64,000 bases of DNA from Raillietiella orientalis (taxonomy: Eukaryota): NCBI GenBank assembly GCA_036172245.1, contig JAYWIR010000028.1, forward strand, positions 682,001-746,000, given 5' to 3'. Both the position numbers and the translations under genes were made by a program. A model generated the notes under the pieces. The model had not been told where the DNA came from and did no database searches. It saw only the letters and a list, made by a program, of their open reading frames with translations. Below, one piece after another: positions 51,083 to 63,700 of the stretch; within the stretch, counting starts at the first letter, position 1; each line of letters opens with the position of its first letter.

Positions 51083-54000
51083 TCAAGGGATAATCCACAA
51101 CCAAAAAGTAGCATTGACACAGCCCTGAACCTGCACTTGCAATTTCGTGGGCAGAGTAGGACACACAACACAAGGAGTTTTCCCAGTACTAGAGGTGGAA
51201 ACACTGGTCACACTGGAAACAGAAGAAACCGAGGTAACTGTGGTTCCAGAGCTGACGGTTGGCGTCGATGGTGAACTGACGGTTGGTGAAGATGGTGAAC
51301 TGACAGTAGGTGATGATGGAGAGCTCACAGTAGGTGAGGATGGGGAGCTGACAGTAGGTGAGGATGGGGAGCTGACAGTTGGCGACGATGGGGAGCTGAC
51401 CGTTGGTGATGATGGGGAGCTCACTGTTGGTGAGGATGGGGAGCTAACAGTAGGTGAGGACGGGGAGCTAACAGTTGGCGAAGATGGGGAGCTCACAGTA
51501 GGTGAGGATGGTGAGCTAACAGTTGGCGAAGATGGGGAGCTCACAGTAGGTGAAGATGGGGAGCTGACCGTCGGTGAGGATGGTGAGCTGACGGTTGGCG
51601 ACGATGGGGAGCTAACTGTTGGCGATGATGGTGAGCTGACGGTTGGCGACGATGGGGAGCTAACTGTTGGCGATGACGGTGAGCTGACGGTTGGCGAAGA
51701 TGGGGAGCTAACTGTCGGCGATGACGGTGAGCTGACGGTTGGTGAGGATGGTGAGCTAACAGTAGGTGAGGATGGGGAGCTGACAGTTGGCGACGATGGA
51801 GAGCTAACTGTCGGCGATGACGGTGAGCTGACGGTTGGCGAAGATGGAGAGCTCACAGTAGGTGAGGATGGTGAGCTGACGGTTGGCGAAGATGGAGAGC
51901 TCACAGTAGGTGAGGATGGTGAGCTAACAGTTGGCGAAGATGGGGAGCTCACAGTAGGTGAAGATGGGGAGCTGACCGTCGGTGACGATGGAGAGCTCAC
52001 AGTAGGTGAGGATGGTGAGCTCACAGTAGGTGAGGATGGTGAGCTAACAGTTGGCGAAGATGGGGAGCTCACAGTAGGTGAGGATGGTGAGCTGACGGTT
52101 GGCGAAGATGGGGAGCTAACTGTCGGCGATGACGGTGAGCTGACGGTTGGTGAGGACGGCGAGCTAACAGTAGGTGACGACGGGGAGCTCACTGTTGGCG
52201 AGGATGGTGAGCTAACAGTAGGTGAGGACGGGGAGCTGACAGTTGGCGACGATGGGGAGCTCACTGTTGGTGAGGATGGGGAGCTAACAGTAGGTGAGGA
52301 CGGGGAGCTAACAGTTGGCGAAGATGGGGAGCTCACAGTAGGTGAGGATGGTGAGCTGACAGTTGGCGAAGATGGGGAGCTCACAGTAGGTGAGGATGGT
52401 GAGCTAACAGTTGGCGAAGATGGGGAGCTCACAGTAGGTGAGGATGGGGAGCTGACCGTCGGTGAGGATGGTGAGCTGACCGTCGGTGACGATGGGGAGC
52501 TGACAGTTGGCGAAGATGGGGAGCTCACAGTAGGTGAAGATGGGGAGCTGACCGTCGCTGAGGATGGGGAGCTGACCGTCGGTGAGGATGGGGAGCTGAC
52601 AGTTGGCGACGATGGGGAGCTAACTGTCGGCGATGACGGTGAGCTGACGGTTGGCGAAGATGGGGAGCTAACAGTAGGTGAGGATGGGGAGCTGACAGTT
52701 GGCGACGATGGGGAGCTAACTGTCGGCGATGACGGTGAGCTGACGGTTGGCGAAGATGGGGAGCTAACAGTAGGTGAGGATGGGGAGCTGACAGTTGGCG
52801 ACGATGGGGAGCTGACAGTTGGCGATGACGGTGAGCTGACGGTTGGCGAAGATGGGGAGCTAACAGTAGGTGAGGATGGGGAGCTGACAGTTGGCGACGA
52901 TGGAGAGCTCACTGTTGGTGAGGATGGTGAGCTAACAGTAGGTGAGGACGGGGAGCTCACAGTAGGTGAGGATGGGGAGCTAACAGTTGGCGAAGATGGG
53001 GAGCTCACAGTAGGTGAGGATGGGGAGCTGACCGTCGGTGAGGATGGTGAGCTGACCGTCGGTGACGATGGGGAGCTCACAGTAGGTGAGGACGGGGAGC
53101 TGACAGTTGGTGAAGATGGTGAGCTCACAGTAGGTGAAGATGGGGAGCTGACCGTCGGTGAGGATGGTGAGCTGACAGTTGGCGACGATGGGGAGCTAAC
53201 TGTCGGCGATGACGGTGAGCTGACGGTTGGCGAAGATGGGGAGCTCACAGTAGGTGAGGATGGTGAGCTGACAGTTGGCGACGATGGGGAGCTCACAGTA
53301 GGTGAGGATGGTGAGCTCACAGTAGGCGAAGATGGTGAGCTCACAGTAGGTGAGGATGGTGAGCTGACGGTTGGCGAAGATGGAGAGCTCACAGTAGGTG
53401 AGGATGGTGAGCTGACAGTTGGCGAAGATGGGGAGCTCACAGTAGGTGAGGATGGTGAGCTGACAGTTGGTGACGATGGGGAGCTAACTGTCGGTGATGA
53501 TGGTGAGCTGACGGTTGGCGAAGATGGAGAGCTCACAGTAGGTGAGGATGGTGAGCTGACAGTTGGCGACGATGGGGAGCTCACAGTAGGTGAGGATGGT
53601 GAGCTGACAGTTGGCGACGATGGGGAGCTAACTGTCGGCGATGACGGTGAGCTGACGGTTGGCGAAGATGGAGAGCTCACAGTAGGTGAGGATGGTGAGC
53701 TGACAGTTGGCGACGATGGGGAGCTCACAGTAGGTGAGGATGGTGAGCTGACAGTTGGCGACGATGGGGAGCTAACTGTCGGCGATGACGGTGAGCTGAC
53801 GGTTGGTGAGGACGGCGAGCTAACAGTAGGTGACGACGGGGAGCTCACTGTTGGTGAGGATGGTGAGCTAACTGTTGGCGATGACGGTGAGCTGACGGTT
53901 GGCGAAGATGGAGAGCTCACAGTAGGTGAGGATGGGGAGCTAACAGTTGGCGAAGATGGGGAGCTCACAGTAGGTGAGGATGGTGAGCTGACAGTTGGCG

Positions 54001-57000
54001 ACGATGGGGAGCTCACAGTAGGTGAGGAAGGTGAGCTGACGGTTGGCGAAGATGGAGAGCTCACAGTAGGTGAGGATGGGGAGCTAACTGTTGGCGATGA
54101 CGGTGAGCTGACGGTTGGCGAAGATGGAGAGCTCACAGTAGGTGAGGATGGGGAGCTCACAGTTGGCGAAGATGGGGAGCTCACAGTAGGTGAGGATGGG
54201 GAGCTCACAGTTGGCGAAGATGGGGAGCTCACAGTAGGTGAAGATGGGGAGCTGACCGTCGGTGAGGATGGTGAGCTGACCGTCGGTGACGATGGTGAGC
54301 TCACAGTAGGTGAGGACGGGGAGCTGACAGTTGGCGAAGAAGGGGAGCTGACCGTCGGTGAGGACGGCGAGCTGACCGTCGGTGAGGATGGGGAGCTGAC
54401 CGTCGGTGAGGATGGGGAGCTCACAGTAGGTGAGGATGGTGAGCTAACTGTTGGCGATGACGGTGAGCTGACGGTTGGCGATGACGGTGAGCTGACGGTT
54501 GGCGATGACGGTGAGCTGACGGTTGGCGATGACGGTGAGCTGACGGTTGGCGATGACGGTGAGCTGACGGTTGGCGATGACGGTGAGCTGACGGTTGGCG
54601 ATGACGGTGAGCTGACGGTTGGCGATGACGGTGAGCTGACGGTTGGCGATGACGGTGAGCTGACAGTTGGCGACGATGGGGAGCTCACTGTAGGCGACGA
54701 TGGAGAGCTGACAGTAGGCGAAGATGGGGAGCTAACTGTCGGCGATGACGGTGAGCTGACGGTTGGCGAAGATGGAGAGCTCACAGTAGGTGAGGATGGG
54801 GAGCTAACCGTCGGTGAGGATGGGGAGCTCACCGTAGGTGAAGATGGGGAGCTGACGGTTGGCGAAGATGGAGAGCTCACAGTTGGTGAGGACGGGGAGC
54901 TGACGGTTGGGGACGATGGGGAGCTGACGGTTGGGGACGATGGGGAGCTCACTGTTGGTGAGGACGGCGAGCTCACTGTTGGTGAGGACGGCGAGCTCAC
55001 TGTTGGTGAGGACGGCGAGCTCACTGTTGGTGAGGACGGCGAGCTGACGGTTGGTGAGGACGGCGAGCTCACCGTTGGTGAGGACGGCGAGCTGACGGTT
55101 GGTGAGGACGGCGAGCTGACGGTTGGTGAGGACGGCGAGCTGACGGTTGGTGAGGACGGCGAGCTGACGGTTGGTGAGGACGGGGAGCTGACGGTTGGGG
55201 ACGATGGGGAGCTGACGGTTGGGGACGATGGGGAGCTGACGGTTGGGGACGATGGGGAGCTGACGGTTGGTGAGGACGGCGAGCTCACTGTTGGTGAGGA
55301 CGGCGAGCTCACTGTTGGTGAGGACGGCGAGCTCACTGTTGGTGAGGACGGTGAGCTCACTGTTGGTGAGGACGGCGAGCTGACGGTTGGTGAGGACGGC
55401 GAGCTGACGGTTGGTGAGGACGGCGAGCTGACGGTTGGTGAGGACGGCGAGCTGACGGTTGGTGAGGACGGCGAGCTGACGGTTGGTGAGGACGGCGAGC
55501 TGACGGTTGGTGAGGACGGCGAGCTAACCGTTGGTGAGGACGGCGAGCTAACCGTTGGGGACGATGGGGAGCTGACGGTTGGTGAGGACGGCGAGCTAAC
55601 CGTTGGGGACGATGGGGAGCTGACGGTTGGGGACGATGGGGAACTAACCGTTGGGGACGATGGGGAACTAACCGTAGGCGACGATGGGGAGCTGACGGTT
55701 GGGGAGGATGGGGAGCTGACGGTTGGAGACGATGGGGAGCTAACCGTTGGAGACGATGGGGAACTAACCGTAGGAGACGATGGAGAGCTGACTGTGGGTG
55801 AGGACGGGGAGCTAACCGTTGGCGACGATGGGGAGCTAACCGTTGGCGACGATGGGGAGCTAACCGTTGGCGACGATGGGGAGCTAACCGTTGGCGACGA
55901 TGGGGAGCTAACCGTTGGCGACGATGGGGAGCTAACCGTTGGAGACGATGGGGAACTAACCGTAGGAGACGATGGAGAGCTGACTGTGGGTGAGGACGGG
56001 GAGCTAACCGTTGGCGACGATGGGGAGCTAACCGTTGGCGACGATGGGGAGCTAACCGTTGGCGACGATGGGGAGCTAACCGTTGGCGACGATGGGGAGC
56101 TAACCGTTGGCGACGATGGGGAGCTAACCGTTGGCGACGATGGGGAGCTAACCGTTGGTGAGGACGGGGAGCTAACTGTTGGTGAGGACGGTGAGCTAAC
56201 CGTAGGCGAGGATGGGGAGCTAACCGTTGGAGAGGACGGTGAGCTAACCGTTGGCGACGATGGGGAGCTAACCGTCGGTGAGGATGGGGAGCTGACGGTT
56301 GGCGAAGATGGGGAGCTCACAGTGGGTGATGAAGGAGAGCTCACTGTCGGTGAGGATGGGGAGCTGACCGTGGGTGAGGAAGGGGAGCTGACGGTCGGCG
56401 ACGACGGCGAGCTGCCTGTGGATGAGGGTGGGGAGGTGTCAATTGGTGAGGATGTGGTGCTTTGTGTTGACGGGGAGGTTGGTGTTGAAGACGTGGTTAT
56501 TGTTGGGGTTGAGCTAACTGATGATGTTGTTGCTGTTGTAATGCTTGAGGGTGTGATGGTGGTTGGTGTTGTTTGGTTGGGGTAAATTTTTGTGATTTCC
56601 AGCGTTCCGTTTTTGGTTGAATTGATTTTGATGATTAGTTTCATTCCGTTGCTTAAATCTATTTCTAGATTCTGCACCATGTTGGAGATGAAGTTTATTT
56701 CGAGTGTTTTGTTTTGGGCTGGTGCTTGCTGTTTTATGCTCTTTACAATTTGCGATAGGTTGGTGAGTAGTCTTTGGTCGTTGTCATTGATCTCTTCTTG
56801 TATGTCTAGAAGGTTCTTTAAGTAACCTGGTCTTGCACGCTGAGTTTCTGTGGTTTCTTTTTCTCGGCAGCTGAGGTGGTGTTTCTCCTTGCAGAGCTGA
56901 GCGTGCTCATCGAAATAGTACTCTCGTGGGCAAGAGTACAGCCTCTTCATATTGCTGTGGCACTGATAAAATCCTGCGCAGTCGCTGTTGCTGGCAAAGA

Positions 57001-57056
57001 ATTGTGTATCCTCCTGATCACAGTAGTTTTCATCTTCCTTGTTCTCTTGACTTTGC
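51083..57056 (-). CDS. Peritrophin/intestinal-mucin-like protein, exon 3: CBM14 domain, linker, ~215 x SSPSSPTV, Cys-containing tail
   Basis: Part of the 2014-codon ORF 57127-51083. Peritrophin-A spacing CX13CX5CX9CX12CX7C at 57022-56867. Phase-compatible acceptor tatacatttag|G at 57057. The ATG at 57127 is an alternative start but gives no signal peptide. Confidence 0.88.
51249..56414 (-). repeat. Coding minisatellite: ~215 tandem 24-bp units (plus-strand consensus ggtgaggatggggagctgacagta)
   Basis: 24-bp periodicity is directly visible over ~5.17 kb with the frame preserved throughout. Variation falls almost entirely on minus-strand third codon positions. Confidence 0.98.
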
Positions 57057-57345
57057 CTAAATGTATAATTTGCGTTTGAGAGTGAATTTGGTTTCTTAAC
57101 GGAAAATTTTTCTATTTTCCTATACATTGCTGCTTTTATTTTTTACTATCCGCGATCTTTGAGGGCATCGTTTACTTGGAAGTTTGCATTGACTGCTTAA
57201 GTTAAATTTATGTGGGATTATTAAGATTACTCGCATTTGTTTTGATTTCGTTTTTTCCGCGGGAGAAAGCGGTCGATCGAACTCTCGCTATCATTTGGAA
57301 AGGGTTGAAATCCAAAAATCTTTCCTTTCTCTTCCGGTACGTTAC

Positions 57346-57645
57346 CTTGTGGGAGAAGCGCGGCGTTGGTTGCTTTTGACGCACTGCTGGTTCAGTGGGT
57401 GGAATTCGTGCGAAGGTGGACACTTTTGACGAACCGCCCTTCCGTTTCTACACTCGAAGAACTCTTGAGTGTTTGGACCATTGGCCAGCCGCACAGTCCA
57501 CGTGCTGAATAGGGCACACGTTCGTTTCACGTCTTTGGGCGCTCTCGCGTCATCGTAAAACTTGGCGTCTTTTCGAGACTGTGTTTGTGGTAACTCCGCT
57601 GCAGATAAAGCAAATATGAGGAGTGGTATCAATGGCGGAAGCGGT
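57346..57645 (-). CDS. Peritrophin/mucin-like protein, exon 2: hydrophobic signal-like segment and four-Cys CBM14-like domain
   Basis: 300 bp, phase 2/2. Acceptor catttcttttctag|A, donor ACAAG|gtaacg. Encodes PLIPLLIFALSAA and C..FFECRNGRAVRQKCPPSHEFHPLNQQC. Confidence 0.75.
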
Positions 57646-57740
57646 CTAGAAAAGAAATGGATGTGAGACACACACCTCTACATCTGGCAGCTTGGTGTAG
57701 ACAACAACATTCCACTAGATCACCGTCGTTTGGTGCTCAC

Positions 57741-57799
57741 CTATGAGTCTGAAGGGGCTCTCTGATAGCAAGATAGTTTTCTCGCAAAGCGTCAGTCAT
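57741..57799 (-). CDS. Peritrophin/mucin-like protein, putative exon 1 (MTDALRENYLAIREPLQTHR)
   Basis: ATG at 57799, 59 bp, strong donor CATAG|gtgagc. A 95-bp intron joins it in frame to exon 2. The spliced total is 6333 nt, or 2110 aa plus stop. Confidence 0.5.
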
Positions 57800-60700
57800 T
57801 TGTACTCAATTTTAAGTGTACTGTATAAATATTGTTCGATTTTTGTTTGGTGTTTTTTTTTGTTGTTGTTTTTGTTTCAAGTCAGAGGGAGCGTTGCATG
57901 CAAAAGATATGGAACTGTGTGGAACTCAGTTTTCAGGAATTCGAATCGCACTTTGACTTTTGCAGCGTACTTTTGTTTAAAAGGGAAATGACGCGTTACT
58001 TATGCAGCCATTTTTTCCTCGAATATTCGATTCCTTGTCGTAGTGGTTTCACCCTGTGGGCTGACTCCCAGGATTCATGCGAAATGACACCTACTCTTGG
58101 CACTGGCTTGTTCATCGAGAACATTCGAATGTTCGGCAAGAGCGAGCGGCCACCTTTTGAATGGACTCTCAAACTCCTCCGAACTGACAGTGCACTTTTG
58201 GTGAAATTCTCAAGCAGCGGAACCTAATGTGGTACTTCTTTCTTTATCAACGTCCCTTCCAGCGAGTCGCCATGTTTTTAACTCTTTCATGCGTCGTGAC
58301 TCGAAGATTACGTGCGCTAAGGTTTGCAGCGAACGCTTAGGGCTCATTACTGAAGCGATTTGCATGATTTTCCGGATGGACAGGGCGGCTGCGAGGGAAT
58401 CTTTTCGGCGTGGGCCTTTCGTTAATCGACCCACCCGGGAAACCGCCCCAGCACTTCCTGCTCCTGTCCGTTTCGCGGCTGACCGGAGCAGGGTGGGACT
58501 CGCCAGGATTGCAACTCGGGTGCAGCTTCACGAGAGCACCGATGTCCTCCACAAAACTGCTCCCGTTTGCAGCAGGGATGGATGAACGGCATTATTAGAG
58601 AGCGACAGCACGAAATGTACGAAATCGAGTGTGTACAATCGAGTGTTTCGTAGAATTTCACCTCCTGAGCAGTTTTTTTTAAAAAAAAAAAAAAAAAACA
58701 TAGCAACCAAACTAATTTTCTCTTTCCAATTCTTACCTCATTCCGAATTCGCTTTCATGAAAGGGAGAAGACGATACACAGCACGCCTGAGTCCTACCTT
58801 TCACGTATTCACTTTCCCATGATCTTTTACTCAGAAAACCCCCTAAGGTAAGAGCAGATTATTAAAGTGCAGAGATTTATTGAACCTCCTGATGCTAGGT
58901 CTCCTCCAAAGTTTTCAGGAATGACGTAGCGGACAAGGTTAACGAACTTCTCTTTTCTGTTTCCCAGGTAGAGTTAAAAGAGCCCGGACCAAACGTAGCA
59001 GTGCTTTCTTTTGGCTCCTCTCATGTCAGACATTCCCTACCTCCAGCAGCACACCAAGTGTTGCAGAAAGCCAAGGTGTCGATGCAAGTGGTTGGAATCT
59101 TTCTCCAGCAGCCGGTGTCCTCTGCATCCGCCTCTTACCTGCTTTCCGTCCTTTTGAAATCACCTTAGCTGATACAGATTAAGGAGCTCATGGCAGAGAT
59201 AATTATTGATCAGGGAAAGCAAATGCTCCTTCTGATCGATAGTTAGCTCGGAGCCAACGAGGGTACTCCTATCCTAACGTATATTTCCACATCTGTGGTA
59301 CTTGTACACGTAAACTTGCAAATCGGGAGGTGCCATGAGAAAGCTCGGTGAATCGCACTGGAAAACCCTTAAGCCGCATGAAAGTGTCCTTTCATGTGTG
59401 TTCCAAAAGTTCCGTGTCGAAAAAAGAGAATGGCGCCTTCCGTCCGCCGGAGAAGTTTACGGGGTGCGCTCCGATCGCTGCTTAGTGCTTGTGGACGGCA
59501 CTCTTCTTCGTGATGAACGCACCGAGTGCTCTGCTTTTCTGCTTTGCTTTCCTCCCAGGTCAAAGCTCCTCTCCAGGCGCACTGCTTTTCGAACCAGGAT
59601 GCGAATCCCAGAGCATCCATCTAAATCTTCCGAGGGAGCCTCAGTGGCTTGGCGTCCTTGGCGTCCGAGTCAGTTCCGGGTGAGCACAGGTGCGTTCCAA
59701 GGAGGAGGAACAGTTTCAGGTCCCCTCATCAAGGGAGCCTCATCGAATCCTTGCATTCGGAACACGCCCTTTCGTGGACGCGCAAGGCGACGTGGAATTT
59801 CGGACGCTGCGCGCAGAGGTGAGGGTCGGCATTCGAGAGAAAATTCCAGAAAACCCTCTTTCGAGACTTTCGAGATCGAGAAGCGAGAGTTCTCCAGAGA
59901 ATGCAGTTCGGAAATTTTTATTCAAACACTTTTCAGGGTTCTTTCAGAGCAGATTGCTTCACTTTCTGCACTGCCTCCGGAGTGTACTTGAGTCTGAGTA
60001 TTTTAGACGGAGTAGCTCGTACCATGTTCTCCTCTCGTCGTCCCATGTGTACATCTGCGTCCTTTGCCTGTCTCACTTGCATTGAACTACAGCTCCAGAG
60101 TGTCCGGAATGCGCTCTCACCAAACAGTTGCTTAATGGCCTCCTTCCCGGTTGTGTACCGAGATCCTCGCAAGGCAGCAAGGAATCGCACGTGAAAGTTT
60201 CCTGAAGTCAGCTGGAAGGAAACAAATAAATCAAAAGGACAGAAATTCCTCACAAAGGAATGAAACGTGGACTCGTCAACTGCAAAACTCATGTAAACAG
60301 TGGAACAATGCTGTGAACATACAAAGTCCATGTATTGTACATAGGGGAAATGTCACAGAACGTACGATAAGGTCATCAGATGCACAAACTCTGCACAAAA
60401 CGTTCCTTGACATTTGGCATCTATACTCTATTAATTTGAAGAAAAACAGTGCAAATAGCTGATTTAGAGCCTGCTTAGATGTGTCTCTGAGACGCGTTTG
60501 AAATAATTATGTAGATTTTTGCATAAAGTCTATCAGTGACGTGCACTGACGAAATTCCCTTTTGGAAAACACGTTATGTCATGGATCATAGTTTATTAGG
60601 CAATGATTTTTTTTTTTTTTTTTTTTCATTCCAACATCCATGGAAGCAAAAGGCAACACTCAGACCATGTGGATGAATGCTTGCAATTCCTTTTTCTGCT

Positions 60701-63700
60701 TCACATGAGTGCTTGCATTTCATTACATGCAGCCTTGGAAGCTGGAAGAACTAGCTTATAACTCCCCTTATAATGTGATTCTTTAAGAAAACATAGTATA
60801 ATAAAGATGTGTACCTTAAAGGTATAATGCCCGGGCGTAGGAAACTACCAAACGTACACACGAGAGCAGCAAAGGATTTGAAAATACTTTGCCTACACAA
60901 CAGTAGCGCCAAATTCGCTAATGCAATTTACCTAATAGACAAATGCATGGGACCGTGCACTCGCACTTATACACCCTTCGGAGAGACCTGCGTACACGCA
61001 AGTGTGCACGAAAGAAAGTGTGCGACCCCCGGCTGCCTCCGTTGCTGTGCGTGAGATGTTTTCCCTCAGAAGTCCTCGCCATCTTCACGCCTGAATCACG
61101 CCCAGCGGCTTTAAATCAGCTGCAGAGATTCTCATCTTCAAGAAAACACAAACACGAACAACGGAAACACTCGAAAATGGGCATCCCCCACCCCCGTATT
61201 TGCTGTTCATGTGGCTGAGTATGCATTTCAAATTGGAAATAGTGTCGGTGTTTTCTAAAAATGTCAGTTAGTTGTCTGCGCAGTTCCGCATGAGCCCTCA
61301 AAACTGTCATCGGACATGGGCCAATTTTTATAAACAGCCCGTGGGATGTCTCTTCACATGTAAGGACTTTCCATCATGGCTGCTGCTGTTCTTTCAAGCA
61401 ATATACACACACACAAAAAAAAAAAAATGTGTGCTGCGCTTCTGCCGACTTCAGATTTTCCGTCCAAATCCAACCATTTCGATTATTTATGCAAGAAGTG
61501 TCGTCTTTGAAAACAATCGACTAGAGGGAACTGTACCGTTTGTTTGTACAGACCGACTTGTAATCTTGAAGGTCCGATTTTCACATGGCTGGTCCTGAGC
61601 TGTTCGCGGCGGAGCCTGGTGCTCAAGGATCCCGTTGCCATGAACGATTTCATGCCGTCTCGAACCCGCCTTTCTGAGCCGGCTCGCTTGAGCCGACTTG
61701 GAAAAGACTTCCACGTAGCAAACTCTTTTCAGACATAATTCCCCATGAATGTGGGCACTTTTCGCATCTCTTATGCAAATCCGTCTTTTTGAATTAAGGT
61801 TCCCAAATCTTAAGATTGGACCAGGCAATTAGGAGGCGAATCATAGGTCGAGATCATCCATCCCGCTCCAGCGCTTGACGACCGCTTCTGGTGCAGTTAT
61901 GTACATCTGCAGATCACCGACTCGTTTTCGGCTCGGAATTCGGGGATCCGGTGCTCCAGCTAGACTCCCGTTCCCTCACGAAGATTCTTTGCTAATGGAC
62001 CAGGCGCTCCGGGGTTCCGCGCACGCATTCGCATTACGCATTTCGCCAAATTCCTCGAGCCTCAAGAAGAATGCATGCATGCACGCGGTCCAGCGGCTGG
62101 ATGTGTAGCTTCGCATGCTTCGGAATCTACGCTTTGCCTGGGGCAGCTACCGCAGGAGCTCCCGGTAGTATCCCTCAAACTTAAAACTCTTCCGGGGAAA
62201 CAGTTCTCGGGATCCCAGCCTCCGAGCAGCTTATCAGTGAGAGTTCTTCTCAGGCATCGCTCCTCGTTTCTTGTTCAACACGCGAGACACTCGATATCGT
62301 TTCTGCTGGAACACTTCCTATGTCGCGTGCAGGAAGCAGCAGTTCGCAGGTTGGTTCCTCCTGTCCTCTCCTTTCGAAGGACCCACAGATTTTCCCGCAC
62401 GTCTCGAATGAAGCGGAAGAACTTTCGTACAGCTTTCCAAGTCCTGGGATCTTTCTGCTGTATTCAGAGGGCTTCCCGGAACTCGGGGAAAATTTTTTTT
62501 TTTAGCCCCCAGAACTCAATTTCACCCTCGTGGCTTCGTGGCATGTGCCACGCGAAGAGAACGCGAAGCAAGATGCCTCTAGTGCCACTGGAACAGTTCG
62601 TTTCGATCGGAACTTCTTTTCCCCTTAATGAATGCGTCAGTCGATCACGTTGGAAACAGTCTCGTCAGATCGTTTCCTATGGCAACAACGTGAGGATCGC
62701 AGACGCGAGATCTCATTCGCAACCCATGTGCAAACCCGCATATTGCATGTTGGGTCATGCATGTTGTCTGTGTGCATTCTTATTCGTCCATGTTGAATAC
62801 CTTTGTAAATGTACGCGAGCATAATTTGCATCTGCATGTACACGAAGTGCTATACATATTTATGCTGAGAAACACAAAGCAATCATCTGGGAAGTAATGA
62901 AACATTTGAGACAACGATCAAGTCATCCAACAAAAAAACTTCCGCGCAAAGATTAGTGGGAACAACCGATTCCCAGATGAGGCTGTGATGCTCTATGAGA
63001 CCCAAAGACACGGAGGTTCTTAAACTCGGATTTACTTCTAGAGAAAGGAGCTTTCGGTTCCCGTTGGAATTCCACCGATCACTACAGTTGATTTTATCCT
63101 TCCCATCCAAGCGAAGCTGTCCGCAGGAATCCGGTGGGTGAGTCTGCATGCGTCTTCGCTCCACCTATCCGGACCCAATAGGTCCGATGAGGAAGCAAAA
63201 TCATGAAGCTAGGAGTATTCTGAATTGGTCACTTTGCTCAGCTGGTTTTATTTAACTGCATTGCCCTCCCTCGCATGGCGAAGACCTCCCGAGGTCCTTT
63301 GAAAAGGAGCCTGTAAATTCTGTTGGAATTCATGGAGCTCCACTTCAGCTTGAAGGCTGCCTGTGCACGAAAGCCCGACGGACCAGGCTGAAAGAATTGA
63401 GGACGTCCACCACAAGGATTTTCTCTCGTGAGACGAGCGAGGTTCCTTTCTACTCCAAAGTGACAAATTTCTCCACGTGGACTGCTTCGTGACTGTCGAA
63501 ATGCAGCACGTCCTCAGCTCCAGAAAGAGAACTGAAGTTCATTGGTCGGAAGGCGGTTCGTAGAAGATTCCTTCTATTGGGAATCAGGACAAGAGCTCGG
63601 GGATTCACGATCAGCATGAAATGAACGCGGCGAAATGATTTCACGAGGAACGGAAAAGCTGAACCCACAGGCATCCTCGTTATCACTGAGCTGAGACGCG

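Noticed and set aside
51249..56414. CRISPR-like array or non-coding satellite
   Set aside because: There are no unique spacers. Units are contiguous, frame-preserving and vary at codon third positions.
57127..57671. Two separate intronless (virus-like) chitin-binding genes with a TTAAG late-promoter motif near 57200
   Set aside because: The upstream ORF has no ATG of its own, splice sites join the pieces in frame, and no viral genes are nearby. TTAAG is common in AT-rich DNA.
57127..57683. Possible TAA/TAG reassignment: in-frame ATG-TAG at 57683 and only TAA/TAG stops upstream of the ATG at 57127
   Set aside because: Both stretches fall inside canonical GT-AG introns of a phase-consistent model, and the long ORF has many CAA/CAG Gln codons with no internal TAA or TAG.
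58000..63700. ORFs of 60-250 aa (e.g. 59335-59991, 62075-62824)
   Set aside because: No recognisable domains or consistent exon chain; expected by chance or from unrecognisably decayed repeats.
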